DNA from: a bacterium
Lineage (GTDB): Bacteria > Hinthialibacterota > Hinthialibacteria > Hinthialibacterales > Hinthialibacteraceae
Length of the DNA: 64,000 bases
NCBI GenBank assembly: GCA_041946805.1
Contig: JBHGBC010000002.1
Span: 101,674-165,673, forward strand
Direction of reading: 5' to 3'
Below are positions 36,296-46,240 of the stretch, piece by piece. The notes under the pieces are model-generated. The model saw only the letters and a list, made by a program, of their open reading frames with translations, was not told the DNA's origin and made no database searches. Made by a program: the position numbers and the translations under genes. Position 1 is the first letter of the stretch, and each line of letters begins with the position of its first letter.

Positions 36296-37779
36296 GAGCC
36301 GTCCTCCCTTCCCTTGCCCGCCTCGATCAGCAGCGCGCGGGTGATTTCCCGGTCGTCAAAGGGATATTTCTGGCGGCCGATGATCTGGTAGGTTTCGTGG
36401 CCCTTGCCCGCCACCAGCAAGATATCCCCCGCGCGCAGCTCGGTCACTCCCGCCCGCAGTGCTTCCCGCCGGTCCACGATGATCCGGTAGCGGTCCCGGC
36501 CGGATGACATGCCCGCCACGATGTCCTCGATGATTTTCTCCGGGTCCTCGGTGCGGGGGTTGTCGGAGGTCACGATCACCCGGTCGCTGTAGCGCAGCGC
36601 GATTTCACCCATCAGGGGACGCTTGCGCTTGTCGCGGTCGCCCCCGCAACCGAACAGGGTGATGATCCGCTGGTGAGGGATGACGGCCAGCGCCTGGAGG
36701 CATTTCTCCAGCGCGTCCGGCTTGTGACAGTAATCGACCACCACTTGCGCGCCGATCGTGTTGGGGACGGATTCGAGCCGCCCCGGCACCCCGTGGCAGG
36801 CTTCCAGTCCCTGCTGGATGACCTCCACCGGGGTTCCTGATGCCCAGGCGGCCGCGCCCGCCGCCACCAGGTTGGACACGTTGTGCGCACCGATCAGCGG
36901 GGAGTGAATGTCACACGTCCGGCCGCCGGGAAACTCCAAGCGGAAACGGAAGCCGTCCAGGCTCATGTCGATCCCGCGGGCGCGGACGTCGGCCTCCCGT
37001 TCGACCGCATAGGTCAGGAGTTTGCGCCCGGCGAGTTCGTCCCGGAAGCGGCGGCCGGTCTCGTCATCGAGGTTCAACACCGCCGTCCCTTCCGGTTTGA
37101 GGTGCCCGGTGAACAACCGCTTTTTGGTTTCGCGGTAGTGATCCATGGTGGGGTGGAAATCAAGGTGCTCCGGGGTCAGGTTGGAGAACACGGCCACATC
37201 GAAGGCGATCTCGTCCACGCGGTGCAGCGCCAGGCCGTGCGACGACACTTCCATCACCACATGGCGGATTCCCCGGTCCGCGATTTCCCGCAGCAGCTGT
37301 TGCATTTCATGCGGCAAGGGGGTGGTGTTGGGCGATTCGCGGATCTGATCGTCGAAGCGGTACTCGATCGTGCCGATCACCGCCGCCCGCACGCCCTCCG
37401 CCTTCCAGATGGATTCGCGCAGATAGGTGAAGGTAGTCTTGCCGCTGGATCCGGTCACGCCGGTGATATTCAGATCCCGGGCTGGATTCCCGTAGAAATT
37501 GGCCGCGACACGGGGCAGCGCCGCCAGGGTGTCGGCCACCCGGATCTGGGGCAGCGTAGACGGTTCTCCGAATCGGTCCACCACCGCCGCGCCCGCTCCC
37601 CGGGCCGCCGCGTCAGCCAGGAACTGGTGTCCGTCGAACGCGGAACCGCGCAGCGCCACGAATAGCCCGCCCGCCCGCGTCTCGCGCGAATCGCAGGTCA
37701 GCTGTTCGAAAACGCCGGGAAGCGCGCCCCGCGTCTCGAGAATTTCCACGCCCGAAAAGATCCGGCTGCCCTCGGCCAT
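36286..37779 (-). CDS. murE: UDP-MurNAc-tripeptide synthetase, meso-DAP type
   Basis: DSR, GKTT, TTP, MEVSSH, EHLDFH, FGCGGDRD, DNPR (DAP-specificity motif), AGKGHE. Confidence 0.95.
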   Translation of the reverse strand: MAEGSRIFSGVEILETRGALPGVFEQLTCDSRETRAGGLFVALRGSAFDGHQFLADAAARGAGAAVVDRFGEPSTLPQIRVADTLAALPRVAANFYGNPARDLNITGVTGSSGKTTFTYLRESIWKAEGVRAAVIGTIEYRFDDQIRESPNTTPLPHEMQQLLREIADRGIRHVVMEVSSHGLALHRVDEIAFDVAVFSNLTPEHLDFHPTMDHYRETKKRLFTGHLKPEGTAVLNLDDETGRRFRDELAGRKLLTYAVEREADVRARGIDMSLDGFRFRLEFPGGRTCDIHSPLIGAHNVSNLVAAGAAAWASGTPVEVIQQGLEACHGVPGRLESVPNTIGAQVVVDYCHKPDALEKCLQALAVIPHQRIITLFGCGGDRDKRKRPLMGEIALRYSDRVIVTSDNPRTEDPEKIIEDIVAGMSSGRDRYRIIVDRREALRAGVTELRAGDILLVAGKGHETYQIIGRQKYPFDDREITRALLIEAGKGREDGSWR

Positions 37780-37885
37780 GCCACCTCTCCTCATGATGAG
37801 GAAGTACCGCTTCGTATTCGTTATTGATCAATCCCTGCATCCCGGGAAGTCTCTTCCCGCCGCGGCCCAAACGCCACACACAGAG

Positions 37886-40018
37886 CTAACGGGTCACCAC
37901 CATCTCCGGGGTGGGTAGAATGCCGGGATCGGTCAGCGCCGGTTCACATTCCACCACGCCGATCTTTTTCAAACCGTTCAAGGGAGTCCCCGGGGGGATC
38001 GGCTGTTTCACGACCTTCCCGGTTCCCTGAATGTCCGCTTTCAATCCATTCACCGCCAGCCGCACATAGGCTTCGCGGATGGACAAGCCCACCAGATCGG
38101 GCATGGTCCCGTTCCCGGGAGTCCAGACCGGCGCGGGCGGAACCGGCAGTTGCCGGGTCACACCGAACGAGAGAAAGGGCTTGGAGTCGCCGGGACCGGA
38201 AACCGAAGTGGCGGATTGGATCTCCGCCTGGGCCTTGGCGGCCGCTTGAACCAGCAGAGGATCTTCTTTGTACGTGGGACTCAAGCCCCAATAGGCGATG
38301 ATTTCCTCGGCAATGGTCTTCCAGACCGGGCCGGCGGTTTCGCCGCCGTATTTCTTTTTCTTCGGCTCGTCGACAACCACCACGATCACGGCTTCGGGAT
38401 TTTCAGCAGGGAAAAATCCGGCGAACGAGGCGATGCGTTTGCCGCGGGCATAGGCCCCCGTGCGCGGATCGGTTTTTTGCGCGGTTCCCGTCTTGCCGGC
38501 GATATGGAACCCCGGTATCCGCACATAACGTCCTGTCCCTTCAGGGTTTTCAGTGACGTCGATCATCATTTTGATTAATGCGTCCGCCGTCTGTTCCGAG
38601 ATGATGCGGTAGGGCGGCACAGGTTCCCGCGGATAGAAATACCGGTCCATGACCTGGTATCCGCGCAGGATCGAGGGTTTCTGATAGAGGCCCCGGTTCG
38701 CCAACGCACCATAGGCCGCTGTCAGGATCAGCGTGTTGGTGGCGATCTCCTGCCCGTAGGGAATCGAGCCGATGGACGCGGGCTGCCACTGTTGCGGCGG
38801 CCGCAAAATTCCGCCGCTCTCGCCGGGCAACAGGGTGGTCGCTTCCCCCCCGTTCCGGAAGCCGAAGCGGGTCAGGTAGTCATACAACACCCGCGCCTGG
38901 CCGCGGAAGTCATCGGGATGGGAGCCCAACCGCTGGGTGATCTTGATGGTTCCAATGTTGCTCGAGTAGACGAGAATATCGTGCACCGAAAGCGTATCGA
39001 AGCGGTGGATGTCGTCGCGGATGGTGCGGCCCTTGAAGTAGAACGATCCGTTTTCGCAATAAAAGCGGGTGCCGGGCGTCACCACTCCCTGATCGAGGGC
39101 CGCGGCGATCGTGAACGGCTTCATCACCGATCCCGGTTCGAATACGTCGGTGAGCAGCCGGTTTTTGCGGTAGTCTTCCGAATAATTCTGGTAGTCGTTC
39201 GGATCATACGTGGGATAGTTTGCTAAAGCTAAAATTTCACCGCTGTGGGGATGGATGACTACGGCGTCAGCCTGGACCGCGTTGGTTTCCTCGCACACTT
39301 TCTTGAGTTCCCGCTCGACGATGTATTGGATGTAGCTGTCGATGGTCAGCACATAATCCGCGCCACGGATCATGGCCTTGGTGTAATCCGTGTCGGCGAT
39401 GGGCCGGCGGCGGATGTCCTTGTCGGCCTCGATCACCTGGGGCATGCCCTTCAGTTTCTCGTTCAAGGAAAATTCCAGCCCCGCCAGGCCGGCGTTATCC
39501 GCTCCGGTATAGCCCACCACGTGGGCGGCCAGCGTTCCCTCCGGGTAGAAGCGGATCGGCTGTTCATGGAATTCGATCCCGGAGATCCCGGCGGCCTCGA
39601 TCCGCTCCTTGTCTTCTTCGGTCAGATTTTGCTTCAGTTCGCGGGCCTTGACCTTTTCCTTGAGCAAAAACGAGATATGACGCTGAATTTCAGCGGGCGA
39701 CAGGCTCAACATCCCGCCCACCTGTTCCAAGGTTGCGGTCACGTTCTGGATATGAGTTTTGTCGGCCACGGCCGTGTACAGAATGTCGTTCTGCGCCAGC
39801 GCCTTGCCGTTTCGGTCGAGGAGCAAACCGCGCGTGGGAGGCAAGGGCAGATGGAAGGTCCGCGCGCGCCCGCTCCGGGCGATCACGTCGGGGGCGTGGA
39901 CCACCTGCAGAAAGAAAAGGTTGATGACGAGGCCCGCGTACACGAGAGTCGCGATCCCCATCAACAACACAATACGTGACGCCGAGATCTGGTTACTCTT
40001 CACGATCCCACCTGCCAT
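37886..40018 (-). CDS. ftsI: class B penicillin-binding protein with C-terminal PASTA domain
   Basis: RG..LDRNG, EPGSVMK (SxxK), SSN, KTGTAQ; PASTA (MPDLVGLS). Confidence 0.92.
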   Translation of the reverse strand: MAGGIVKSNQISASRIVLLMGIATLVYAGLVINLFFLQVVHAPDVIARSGRARTFHLPLPPTRGLLLDRNGKALAQNDILYTAVADKTHIQNVTATLEQVGGMLSLSPAEIQRHISFLLKEKVKARELKQNLTEEDKERIEAAGISGIEFHEQPIRFYPEGTLAAHVVGYTGADNAGLAGLEFSLNEKLKGMPQVIEADKDIRRRPIADTDYTKAMIRGADYVLTIDSYIQYIVERELKKVCEETNAVQADAVVIHPHSGEILALANYPTYDPNDYQNYSEDYRKNRLLTDVFEPGSVMKPFTIAAALDQGVVTPGTRFYCENGSFYFKGRTIRDDIHRFDTLSVHDILVYSSNIGTIKITQRLGSHPDDFRGQARVLYDYLTRFGFRNGGEATTLLPGESGGILRPPQQWQPASIGSIPYGQEIATNTLILTAAYGALANRGLYQKPSILRGYQVMDRYFYPREPVPPYRIISEQTADALIKMMIDVTENPEGTGRYVRIPGFHIAGKTGTAQKTDPRTGAYARGKRIASFAGFFPAENPEAVIVVVVDEPKKKKYGGETAGPVWKTIAEEIIAYWGLSPTYKEDPLLVQAAAKAQAEIQSATSVSGPGDSKPFLSFGVTRQLPVPPAPVWTPGNGTMPDLVGLSIREAYVRLAVNGLKADIQGTGKVVKQPIPPGTPLNGLKKIGVVECEPALTDPGILPTPEMVVTR

Positions 40019-40061
40019 TGTCCGGCGCCGGCCGCGCAGCGCGGCGCGTCACCGGGACGTT

Positions 40062-40508
40062 CTACTCGATCCACCTATGCACTTGTTCCCTCACCCAATC
40101 TCCCATCCGTTGCCAATATTTCCGGACGCGGGACAACAGGCCCGGTTCCTCCAACTCCGGGGCCGCCGGGACCGGCAAGCCCGTACGGGTTTGCAGGCCG
40201 GGAACCACCAGCTCGATCGCCGGGTGGCGCGGCGGACCCAATTGCGGCAACTGCGTCCGCACCAATTCCGCAATGCGGTGGTAGCGTTCCAGTTCGCCGA
40301 TGCGGTTTTCCACCCGCCGCAATTCATCCAGAAGACGTATCTTCTCGAGGTTCTTCTCACCCAGGCTGTAGCGGATCCGTTTCACTTCCATGGACATGTT
40401 CACGATCAGAATGACGCTGCCGGCCAGGACAATCATCCAGATATAACCCAAAAAGCCCCGCGCCACGTGAATCGTGGTATGAAAGTCATCCGCCGGTTTC
40501 CGCGGCAT
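40062..40508 (-). CDS. ftsL: FtsL-like cell division protein
   Basis: One TM helix plus coiled coil, RI...A...L; canonical position between rsmH and ftsI. Confidence 0.65.
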   Translation of the reverse strand: MPRKPADDFHTTIHVARGFLGYIWMIVLAGSVILIVNMSMEVKRIRYSLGEKNLEKIRLLDELRRVENRIGELERYHRIAELVRTQLPQLGPPRHPAIELVVPGLQTRTGLPVPAAPELEEPGLLSRVRKYWQRMGDWVREQVHRWIE

Positions 40509-40607
40509 CGCTCGCCCTGTTTTTTTTATATAATGGAAACCGGGGGTTCCGCCGGAATCCTGGACTGAATCCCTGGACCGCAGGACACCCTCCCGGTCAG
40601 CATTCCC

Positions 40608-41573
40608 TTAATCCGCCCGGACGCCCAGGCGTTCCATAACCCGGAACTGCGCGCTGCGGGAGCGTGGATTCCGGTTCAGTTCGGCCGCGCAGGGCCGGAT
40701 GGCCTTGCGCGTGAGGATCACTCCCCGGGCCGGTTCTTCATCGCCCCGCACCGGCATCCCGGGAGGATGCTGCCGCGGGCCGCAGAATTCTCCAAACTCT
40801 TTCTTCGTGATCCGATGCTCGAGCGAGTGGTAACTCAGTACGCCGATCCGGCCGCCGGGGCTCAGATGCGCCTGGGCCGCCTGGATTCCTTTCCGCAAGG
40901 CCTCCAGCTCGTCGTTCACGAAGATCCTCAACGCCATGAACACCCGCGTGGCGGGATGAATCCCTTCCTGATGCTGGTACCGGGCGGGAATCGTCTGGAT
41001 CACCACATCCGCCAGCTGCTGGGTGGTGCCGATCGGTTCATCTTTCCGCCGGCGGACGATCGCCTTGGCGATCCGCCGGGAAAACCGTTCCTCGCCATAC
41101 CGCTGAAACAAGCCGGCCAGCTCCTTTTCATCCCATGTCTGGATCACATCCTTGGCCGTCAGGGGCTGCCGCCGGTCCATTCTCATGTCCAGCTCGGCGT
41201 CCCGTGAAAAACTAAAGCCTCGCTCCGCCCGGTCCACTTGGGGGGATGAAAAACCACAGTCGATGAGGTACCGGTCCGCGGCATGGATCCCCTCTTCCGT
41301 CAGGATTTCCTCCAATTCCTCAAATCCCCGATGATGGAAACTCACTCGGAACGGTGCGTCTCGAAAGCGCTCCCGGCAGAAGGCCAAGGCCTCGTCATCC
41401 CGGTCGATTCCGATCAGCCAATCCCGGGAATCAAAAAAGCGGGTAATCGCCGCGCTGTGCCCCCCATACCCAATCGTACAATCCACGAAAACGGCTCCTG
41501 GCATGGCCGGCCGCAGCATCTCGGCCACTTCGCTCTCCATGACCGGAACATGATAAACATTATGCGGATCCAT
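40608..41573 (-). CDS. rsmH: 16S rRNA m4C1402 methyltransferase
   Basis: HVPVM, D.T.GYGGHS, RGFSF, LDMRMD, HPATR.F.ALRI.VN.E, NPRSRSA. Confidence 0.96.
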   Translation of the reverse strand: MDPHNVYHVPVMESEVAEMLRPAMPGAVFVDCTIGYGGHSAAITRFFDSRDWLIGIDRDDEALAFCRERFRDAPFRVSFHHRGFEELEEILTEEGIHAADRYLIDCGFSSPQVDRAERGFSFSRDAELDMRMDRRQPLTAKDVIQTWDEKELAGLFQRYGEERFSRRIAKAIVRRRKDEPIGTTQQLADVVIQTIPARYQHQEGIHPATRVFMALRIFVNDELEALRKGIQAAQAHLSPGGRIGVLSYHSLEHRITKKEFGEFCGPRQHPPGMPVRGDEEPARGVILTRKAIRPCAAELNRNPRSRSAQFRVMERLGVRAD

Positions 41574-42144
41574 TGGATCCATTCTTGCCGGATGGATTCT
41601 GAGCCATCTCTTTCTCGAAGACTTCCCAGCTTTTCCGCCCTTGCGTGACCGCCAGCACACTGGGCATCTTCTCGTTGAGCGTCACATCATCTTTCGCGAT
41701 TTGCTCGAGGAAGATGGCGTGATTCCAGATCATGATTTTGTCCCAATCGCCTGATACAATAACTTTTCCATCCAATCGCGCATATTCCACCATATCTTGT
41801 GGTATAATGATGCGGCCTTCTTTATCCAAACTGACTTCGCGCGCATTGGCGTACATCTGGCGGCGGATCGCCTGCCCTTCCTTTGTATAGTAAGCCAAAC
41901 GGCTGACATTCTCCGCCAAGGGCAGCCAATTGCACTCGGGAAAGAGAACCAGCGATTTGTCCATCCAACGGATCAGGATGAGCGGAGAATTCCCGAGTTT
42001 GTCGCGAAATTGATGAGGCAGACCGATGCGCGATTTGGAATCGATCGTGCGCTCATATGTCCCGATTAATCTGTCAATGACCGGCGGATTCCCCGGACGG
42101 GCGTTAGGGCCATGTTCCAAACTGCCGGAGTTCTCGCCGTTCAT
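41560..42144 (-). CDS. mraZ: transcriptional regulator MraZ
   Basis: Two D.K.R..P repeats (DSKSRIGLP, DKEGRIIIP); first gene of dcw cluster. Confidence 0.92.
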   Translation of the reverse strand: MNGENSGSLEHGPNARPGNPPVIDRLIGTYERTIDSKSRIGLPHQFRDKLGNSPLILIRWMDKSLVLFPECNWLPLAENVSRLAYYTKEGQAIRRQMYANAREVSLDKEGRIIIPQDMVEYARLDGKVIVSGDWDKIMIWNHAIFLEQIAKDDVTLNEKMPSVLAVTQGRKSWEVFEKEMAQNPSGKNGSNGSA

Positions 42145-42170
42145 CCTAATTTTTACTTTTCCCCAATGTT

Positions 42171-42215
42171 TGGGTTTTTTTGGAATTTTTCGGGATTTTG
42201 TTCCACAACATGGGA
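42171..42215. promoter_or_regulatory. probable MraZ operator
   Basis: TGGGT, TGGAA, CGGGA and TGGGA boxes at 42171, 42181, 42191 and 42211 (10-bp phase, T-rich spacers). Confidence 0.6.
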
Positions 42216-42243
42216 TAGTAGCAGAGTCGGAGGGCGGTTTCAA
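42215..42243 (-). promoter_or_regulatory. sigma70 promoter of dcw operon
   Basis: Minus strand TTGAAA, 17 nt, extended -10 TG-C-TACTAT. Confidence 0.65.
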
Positions 42244-42828
42244 GCGAATTTTGCGAAAAATAAGCACCTAAATTCTTTTTTCCAAGCCATTTAAGTGTAC
42301 ATTTGTGCAGTAAATCCCAGACTGTTTCGATGGGTAGAAATCCCAAATACATGAGGTTCTTCGCGATTAAATTACAGACTCTCTAATTTGATTGATTCAT
42401 CCGCCGAAACGTGTTACGCAGAGTGGAATCGGTATTACTCATACCGCCAAGAGGCTTTCCCCCACTCATATCCCGATCCGGAAGGTGGATACACCCATCC
42501 ACAAGGAAATCTCCCATACTATAACCTTTTTATAATCAGGAAGATACAATCGGAAAGAGCCGTAGGGGCGCCGCAACCGGAAGCAAAGAACCGGGCAATC
42601 GATGATCCGGGGAGCAGGGGCTGGATGAATCGGGAGAGAGTATTGCAACGGCTAGTACATTAAGAACTTAGACATCCGGGTACTATGTACGGGATGGAGA
42701 AAAAGGTATTACCTCCCCGCAAGGAAGCGGGCGGATGCCAAGGTACACCCTGACGTAATTTCCCCCAACCTATCCCAAAGACAGAGATGTTCTTTGCCCC
42801 GAAGTCTTGATCACACAATAGAACTTCA

Positions 42829-43078
42829 TGTCCCTCCGGTTAGTGAATCCATGACGGGCGAAATCGCATTTCAATTCCAATTCTCCAAACCGAAAAGAGA
42901 AACTACTTTCTTCCCCAGCGATCATTGGATCCAGCCGGGGGATAGACGGTGAAACAAGGTTTTCCCGCACCCTGGCCCTCTCCCAGAGGGCCAGGGGATA
43001 GCGGATGGCTCTCTCCCACCCGTCGAATCGATAGCCGGCCGCGCGTTCGGAAAAATGTACGCACTTATCGGATGAACC
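42829..43078 (+). mobile_element. MITE copy 2 (left end degenerate)
   Basis: Colinear with 50735-50983 over about 250 bp; right TIR GTACGCACTTATCGGATGAACC; no TSD left. Confidence 0.75.
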
Positions 43079-43156
43079 TTAATGATCCTTTTGCGAGCGG
43101 GTACACGGCGGCAAGCCAAGAAAGGCCGGCCGGATCCCATTTCGCCAGCCTTCCTT

Positions 43157-44509
43157 CTAACTGATTTTGGCCAGCTGCCCGCGTTTGGCCCACACTTTTT
43201 CGAATGCTCGGGCGTATTGTTCGATCAATTCCGGCGCTTCTTCATACAATAACGCCACAAAGAAGTGCGACCGGTTGACCTGCTCCGAGCCCGGAAGCAC
43301 ATCGGGTATCTTCGGCTTGTGGTGCCACCACTTCGCCTCGGAATAGATTTTATACTTGTGTTGGAGGGGATATCCGTCTTCACCCCAAATACTCGCCTTC
43401 ACTCCCTCGGTCCGTAAAGCCTTCAGGAGAGCCTGGCGCGAGAATCCAGCCTTCTTCTCATCGAAGAACAGCATATTGGCATAGTAGTAAACACGCTTCT
43501 GATCGGGACGGCAGACCGGTTCCGACAAACCGGGCAGCTGGGCGAGGCGGCCGTTCAATTGACGAACCTGACGTTCCACGAGAGCGTTGCGTTGATCGAG
43601 AGTGCGCAGCTGCTCGCGAAGCAGGACCGCCGCCAGGGGATGCATGCGATACTTTTGGCCGAAACCGGTACCCTCGTAGGCGCGGACCGGGCTGTCTTCC
43701 GGGAATTTGGCCGGGTCTTCATAATGTCCGAAGGCGGCGGCGCGCTCGTAGTATTCCCGCTTTTGATACATGCCCATGCCGCCTTCGATGGCGGGTAAAA
43801 CCTTGCTTTTTTGGAAACTGCAAATACCCATATCGCCCCAGGTACCCATCATTTTGCCTTGCATCGAGGCTCCGTGAGCGTGGGCGGCGTCTTCGAGTAG
43901 GATCAATCCTTTTTCCTGGGCGAAGCTGGAGATCCTGTCCATTTCGCAAGGCATTCCCCACGAGTGCATCGGGCACAGGGCGCGCGTCCGTTTGGTCAAG
44001 TGGCGCGTGGCATAATCCAGATCGAAAGTGGCCGTGCGGGGATCGATGTCGATGAAGATCGGCGTACAGCTAAAGAAGCGCATCGGAAGGATTTGAGCGA
44101 AAAAAGTGTACGACGGGACCATGATTTCGCTTCCCGGGGGCAGGTCGAGCGCGAAGTACATCGAGGTCAAGGCGCTTGATCCATTCATGTGCGCTTTGCA
44201 AAACGCCGTCCGGGTGTACGCCTTCCACTCCTCTTCCAGAAGAGGAAGCTGTTGGTAGAAGTCGCCCTTCTCAATCACCGCGGCCAGGGCGTTCTTTTCC
44301 TCGGGCCCATAGCGCGGCCATTTCGTCAAGGCGCTATGGCGATCCTCAGGAAAGGTCACAGCCTGAGGGCCGCCATCGAGGGCCAGCCGCTCCGGGTTGG
44401 AGACCGCCTGCACCCGGCTACTCCCGCCGAGACCGGCCAAGGCTACAGTGGTTTTCAAGAACGCCCTGCGAGTCGGTCCCGGTTCCATTTTTGGCTTGCC
44501 GCGTAACAT
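43157..44509 (-). CDS. DegT/DnrJ/EryC1/StrS PLP aminotransferase with Tat signal
   Basis: TRRAFLK signal, VPSYTF, EDAAHAHG, SFQKSK......GG (PLP lysine), YRM. Confidence 0.9.
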   Translation of the reverse strand: MLRGKPKMEPGPTRRAFLKTTVALAGLGGSSRVQAVSNPERLALDGGPQAVTFPEDRHSALTKWPRYGPEEKNALAAVIEKGDFYQQLPLLEEEWKAYTRTAFCKAHMNGSSALTSMYFALDLPPGSEIMVPSYTFFAQILPMRFFSCTPIFIDIDPRTATFDLDYATRHLTKRTRALCPMHSWGMPCEMDRISSFAQEKGLILLEDAAHAHGASMQGKMMGTWGDMGICSFQKSKVLPAIEGGMGMYQKREYYERAAAFGHYEDPAKFPEDSPVRAYEGTGFGQKYRMHPLAAVLLREQLRTLDQRNALVERQVRQLNGRLAQLPGLSEPVCRPDQKRVYYYANMLFFDEKKAGFSRQALLKALRTEGVKASIWGEDGYPLQHKYKIYSEAKWWHHKPKIPDVLPGSEQVNRSHFFVALLYEEAPELIEQYARAFEKVWAKRGQLAKIS

Positions 44510-44622
44510 AGTTCATGTCCCTCCTTTCTTGTACATGTCGATTCAAGGATTATTACTATAACACCATTTTGTGGCGCATGCGGTCATTCTGTACTTTATT
44601 ATATAGTTCATCCAGCCAATGA

Positions 44623-44800
44623 GGTTCATCGGGCCAGTGAGTATGAGATGGGCGAATTCGCGTTTCCATTCCATGACTCCGAACCGTAGGGGAAAAACAG
44701 ATTTCTTCCTGAGCGGTCTTTGGAACGAATCGAGAGGATAGACGCCGAAGAAAGGCTCATCCTCTCCCGGGGGAGAGGGAATTGGATGGCTCTCTCCGGT
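44623..44800 (+). mobile_element. MITE copy 3, truncated remnant
   Basis: Starts GGTTCATCGGGCCAGTGAGTA; interior aligns by eye with copies at 42829 and 50735; right TIR not found. Confidence 0.6.
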
Positions 44801-45126
44801 TCCCGCGATGGGCTATCGATCGCTCTTTCGCCGGATATGTCCAAACCGCAGGGGGCAAGTGGCAACGCGACCCTGCTTGAGAAAGACATGCTGCCTCCGC
44901 GGAGGGAATTGTTTTTCCATACCCTTTGAGATGCAAAAAATGATGGTTCATACTACAATTCCTGCTTGCAACATCTCATCACTCTTCTTTACAAGGATGC
45001 GCATAGCCAGCCAATTCCCTGACTTCAATATATTTATAAAAATCAACCATCCAGCATGGATTATGGTACAGGATCTGCATTAGGATCACGCCATACCAAA
45101 CCTGACGCCTGGAAGGGGATCCTGCC

Positions 45127-46227
45127 ATGAAACTCCGTATTGAAAAAAAAGGGCCGGCGGGCCATCGGTTTCTCATCTTTTTTTTCAGTTTTTTGTTGAC
45201 CTTGTTTTCCTTTTGGTTATTGGGATTCGTGGAAGACGACATCGGCAATATCCCGGGGCCGAGCGACACGGAAATCGAAGCCCGGTATGTCGATCAGGCT
45301 GCCCTGAAGCAGCGGCTGGACTTGGAAAAGCAAAAAGCGGACATCACCACCCAGATCGCCGGCCAGCGGGAAATTCAGGATATTTTGCGGAACAGCACCA
45401 GCAACTCGCAGCAGACCATGAACCAGCTGCTCGATCTGCGGCGCAGTTACCTGGAAAAGAATGTCAGCCCCTCGGAGGCGGAGATGACCGCTCTGGAGGA
45501 AAGCCAGAAGATCTTCCTGGAAAATCAAAAGAAATATCAGGAGGCCAACCAGGAGATCGCCCGGCTCAGCGAGCAGCTGCGCGGCCTCGAGCGGGAACTC
45601 GCCCGGGCACAGGAGATCATATCGGCGGGTCAGAGCCAGGCGTCGGAAGAATACGCCCGTTTATCCCGCCGGCATGAGCTCAAGGTGGCGGCGTTGAAAT
45701 TGTCATTCCTGATTCCCCTGCTGGCGGCCGCGGCCTGGATGGTGCGGAAAAAGCGGAACACTCCCTACGCGCCCCTGGTCTACGCAACGTTCATCGCGGT
45801 GTTTCTGAAGACCGGGGATGTCGTGCACCGGCATTTTCCCAGCGAGTTCTTCAAGTACATCGCCCTGGGCGCGGCCATTGCGGTGGTGGTGGCGTTTCTG
45901 GTCCATCTGATCCGGATGGTGGCCTCGCCCCAGCGGGACTGGCTGATCCAACTGTTCAAGGAAGCCTATCAAAAGCGAAGATGCCCGGTGTGCGCCTATC
46001 CCATCGAGCGGGGGCCGTTCAAGCACATGATCTGGACCCGCAAAGGGCCGAAGTCCAGCGGCCCCTTCCCGGCCGTGGATACCGCGGAGGAGGAAAAACC
46101 CTACTCGTGCCCGGCCTGCGGCACGCGGTTGTATGAACAATGCGCCGCCTGCCCGACGATCCGGCCGTCCTTGCTGCCGTATTGCCCCGGATGCGGAAAC
46201 GAGAAAACGCTGGAAAGCGCGGAGTGA
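45127..46227 (+). CDS. membrane protein with long coiled coil and C-terminal zinc ribbons
   Basis: N-terminal TM, about 150-aa coiled coil, 3 TM, four CxxC pairs (CPVC, CPAC, CAAC, CPGC). Confidence 0.8.
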   Translation: MKLRIEKKGPAGHRFLIFFFSFLLTLFSFWLLGFVEDDIGNIPGPSDTEIEARYVDQAALKQRLDLEKQKADITTQIAGQREIQDILRNSTSNSQQTMNQLLDLRRSYLEKNVSPSEAEMTALEESQKIFLENQKKYQEANQEIARLSEQLRGLERELARAQEIISAGQSQASEEYARLSRRHELKVAALKLSFLIPLLAAAAWMVRKKRNTPYAPLVYATFIAVFLKTGDVVHRHFPSEFFKYIALGAAIAVVVAFLVHLIRMVASPQRDWLIQLFKEAYQKRRCPVCAYPIERGPFKHMIWTRKGPKSSGPFPAVDTAEEEKPYSCPACGTRLYEQCAACPTIRPSLLPYCPGCGNEKTLESAE

Positions 46228-46240
46228 GGCCGCCGCGCCT

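Noticed and set aside
42388..42663. 91-aa ORF upstream of mraZ
   Set aside because: TTG start without RBS, no motifs, atypical codon use; probably non-coding
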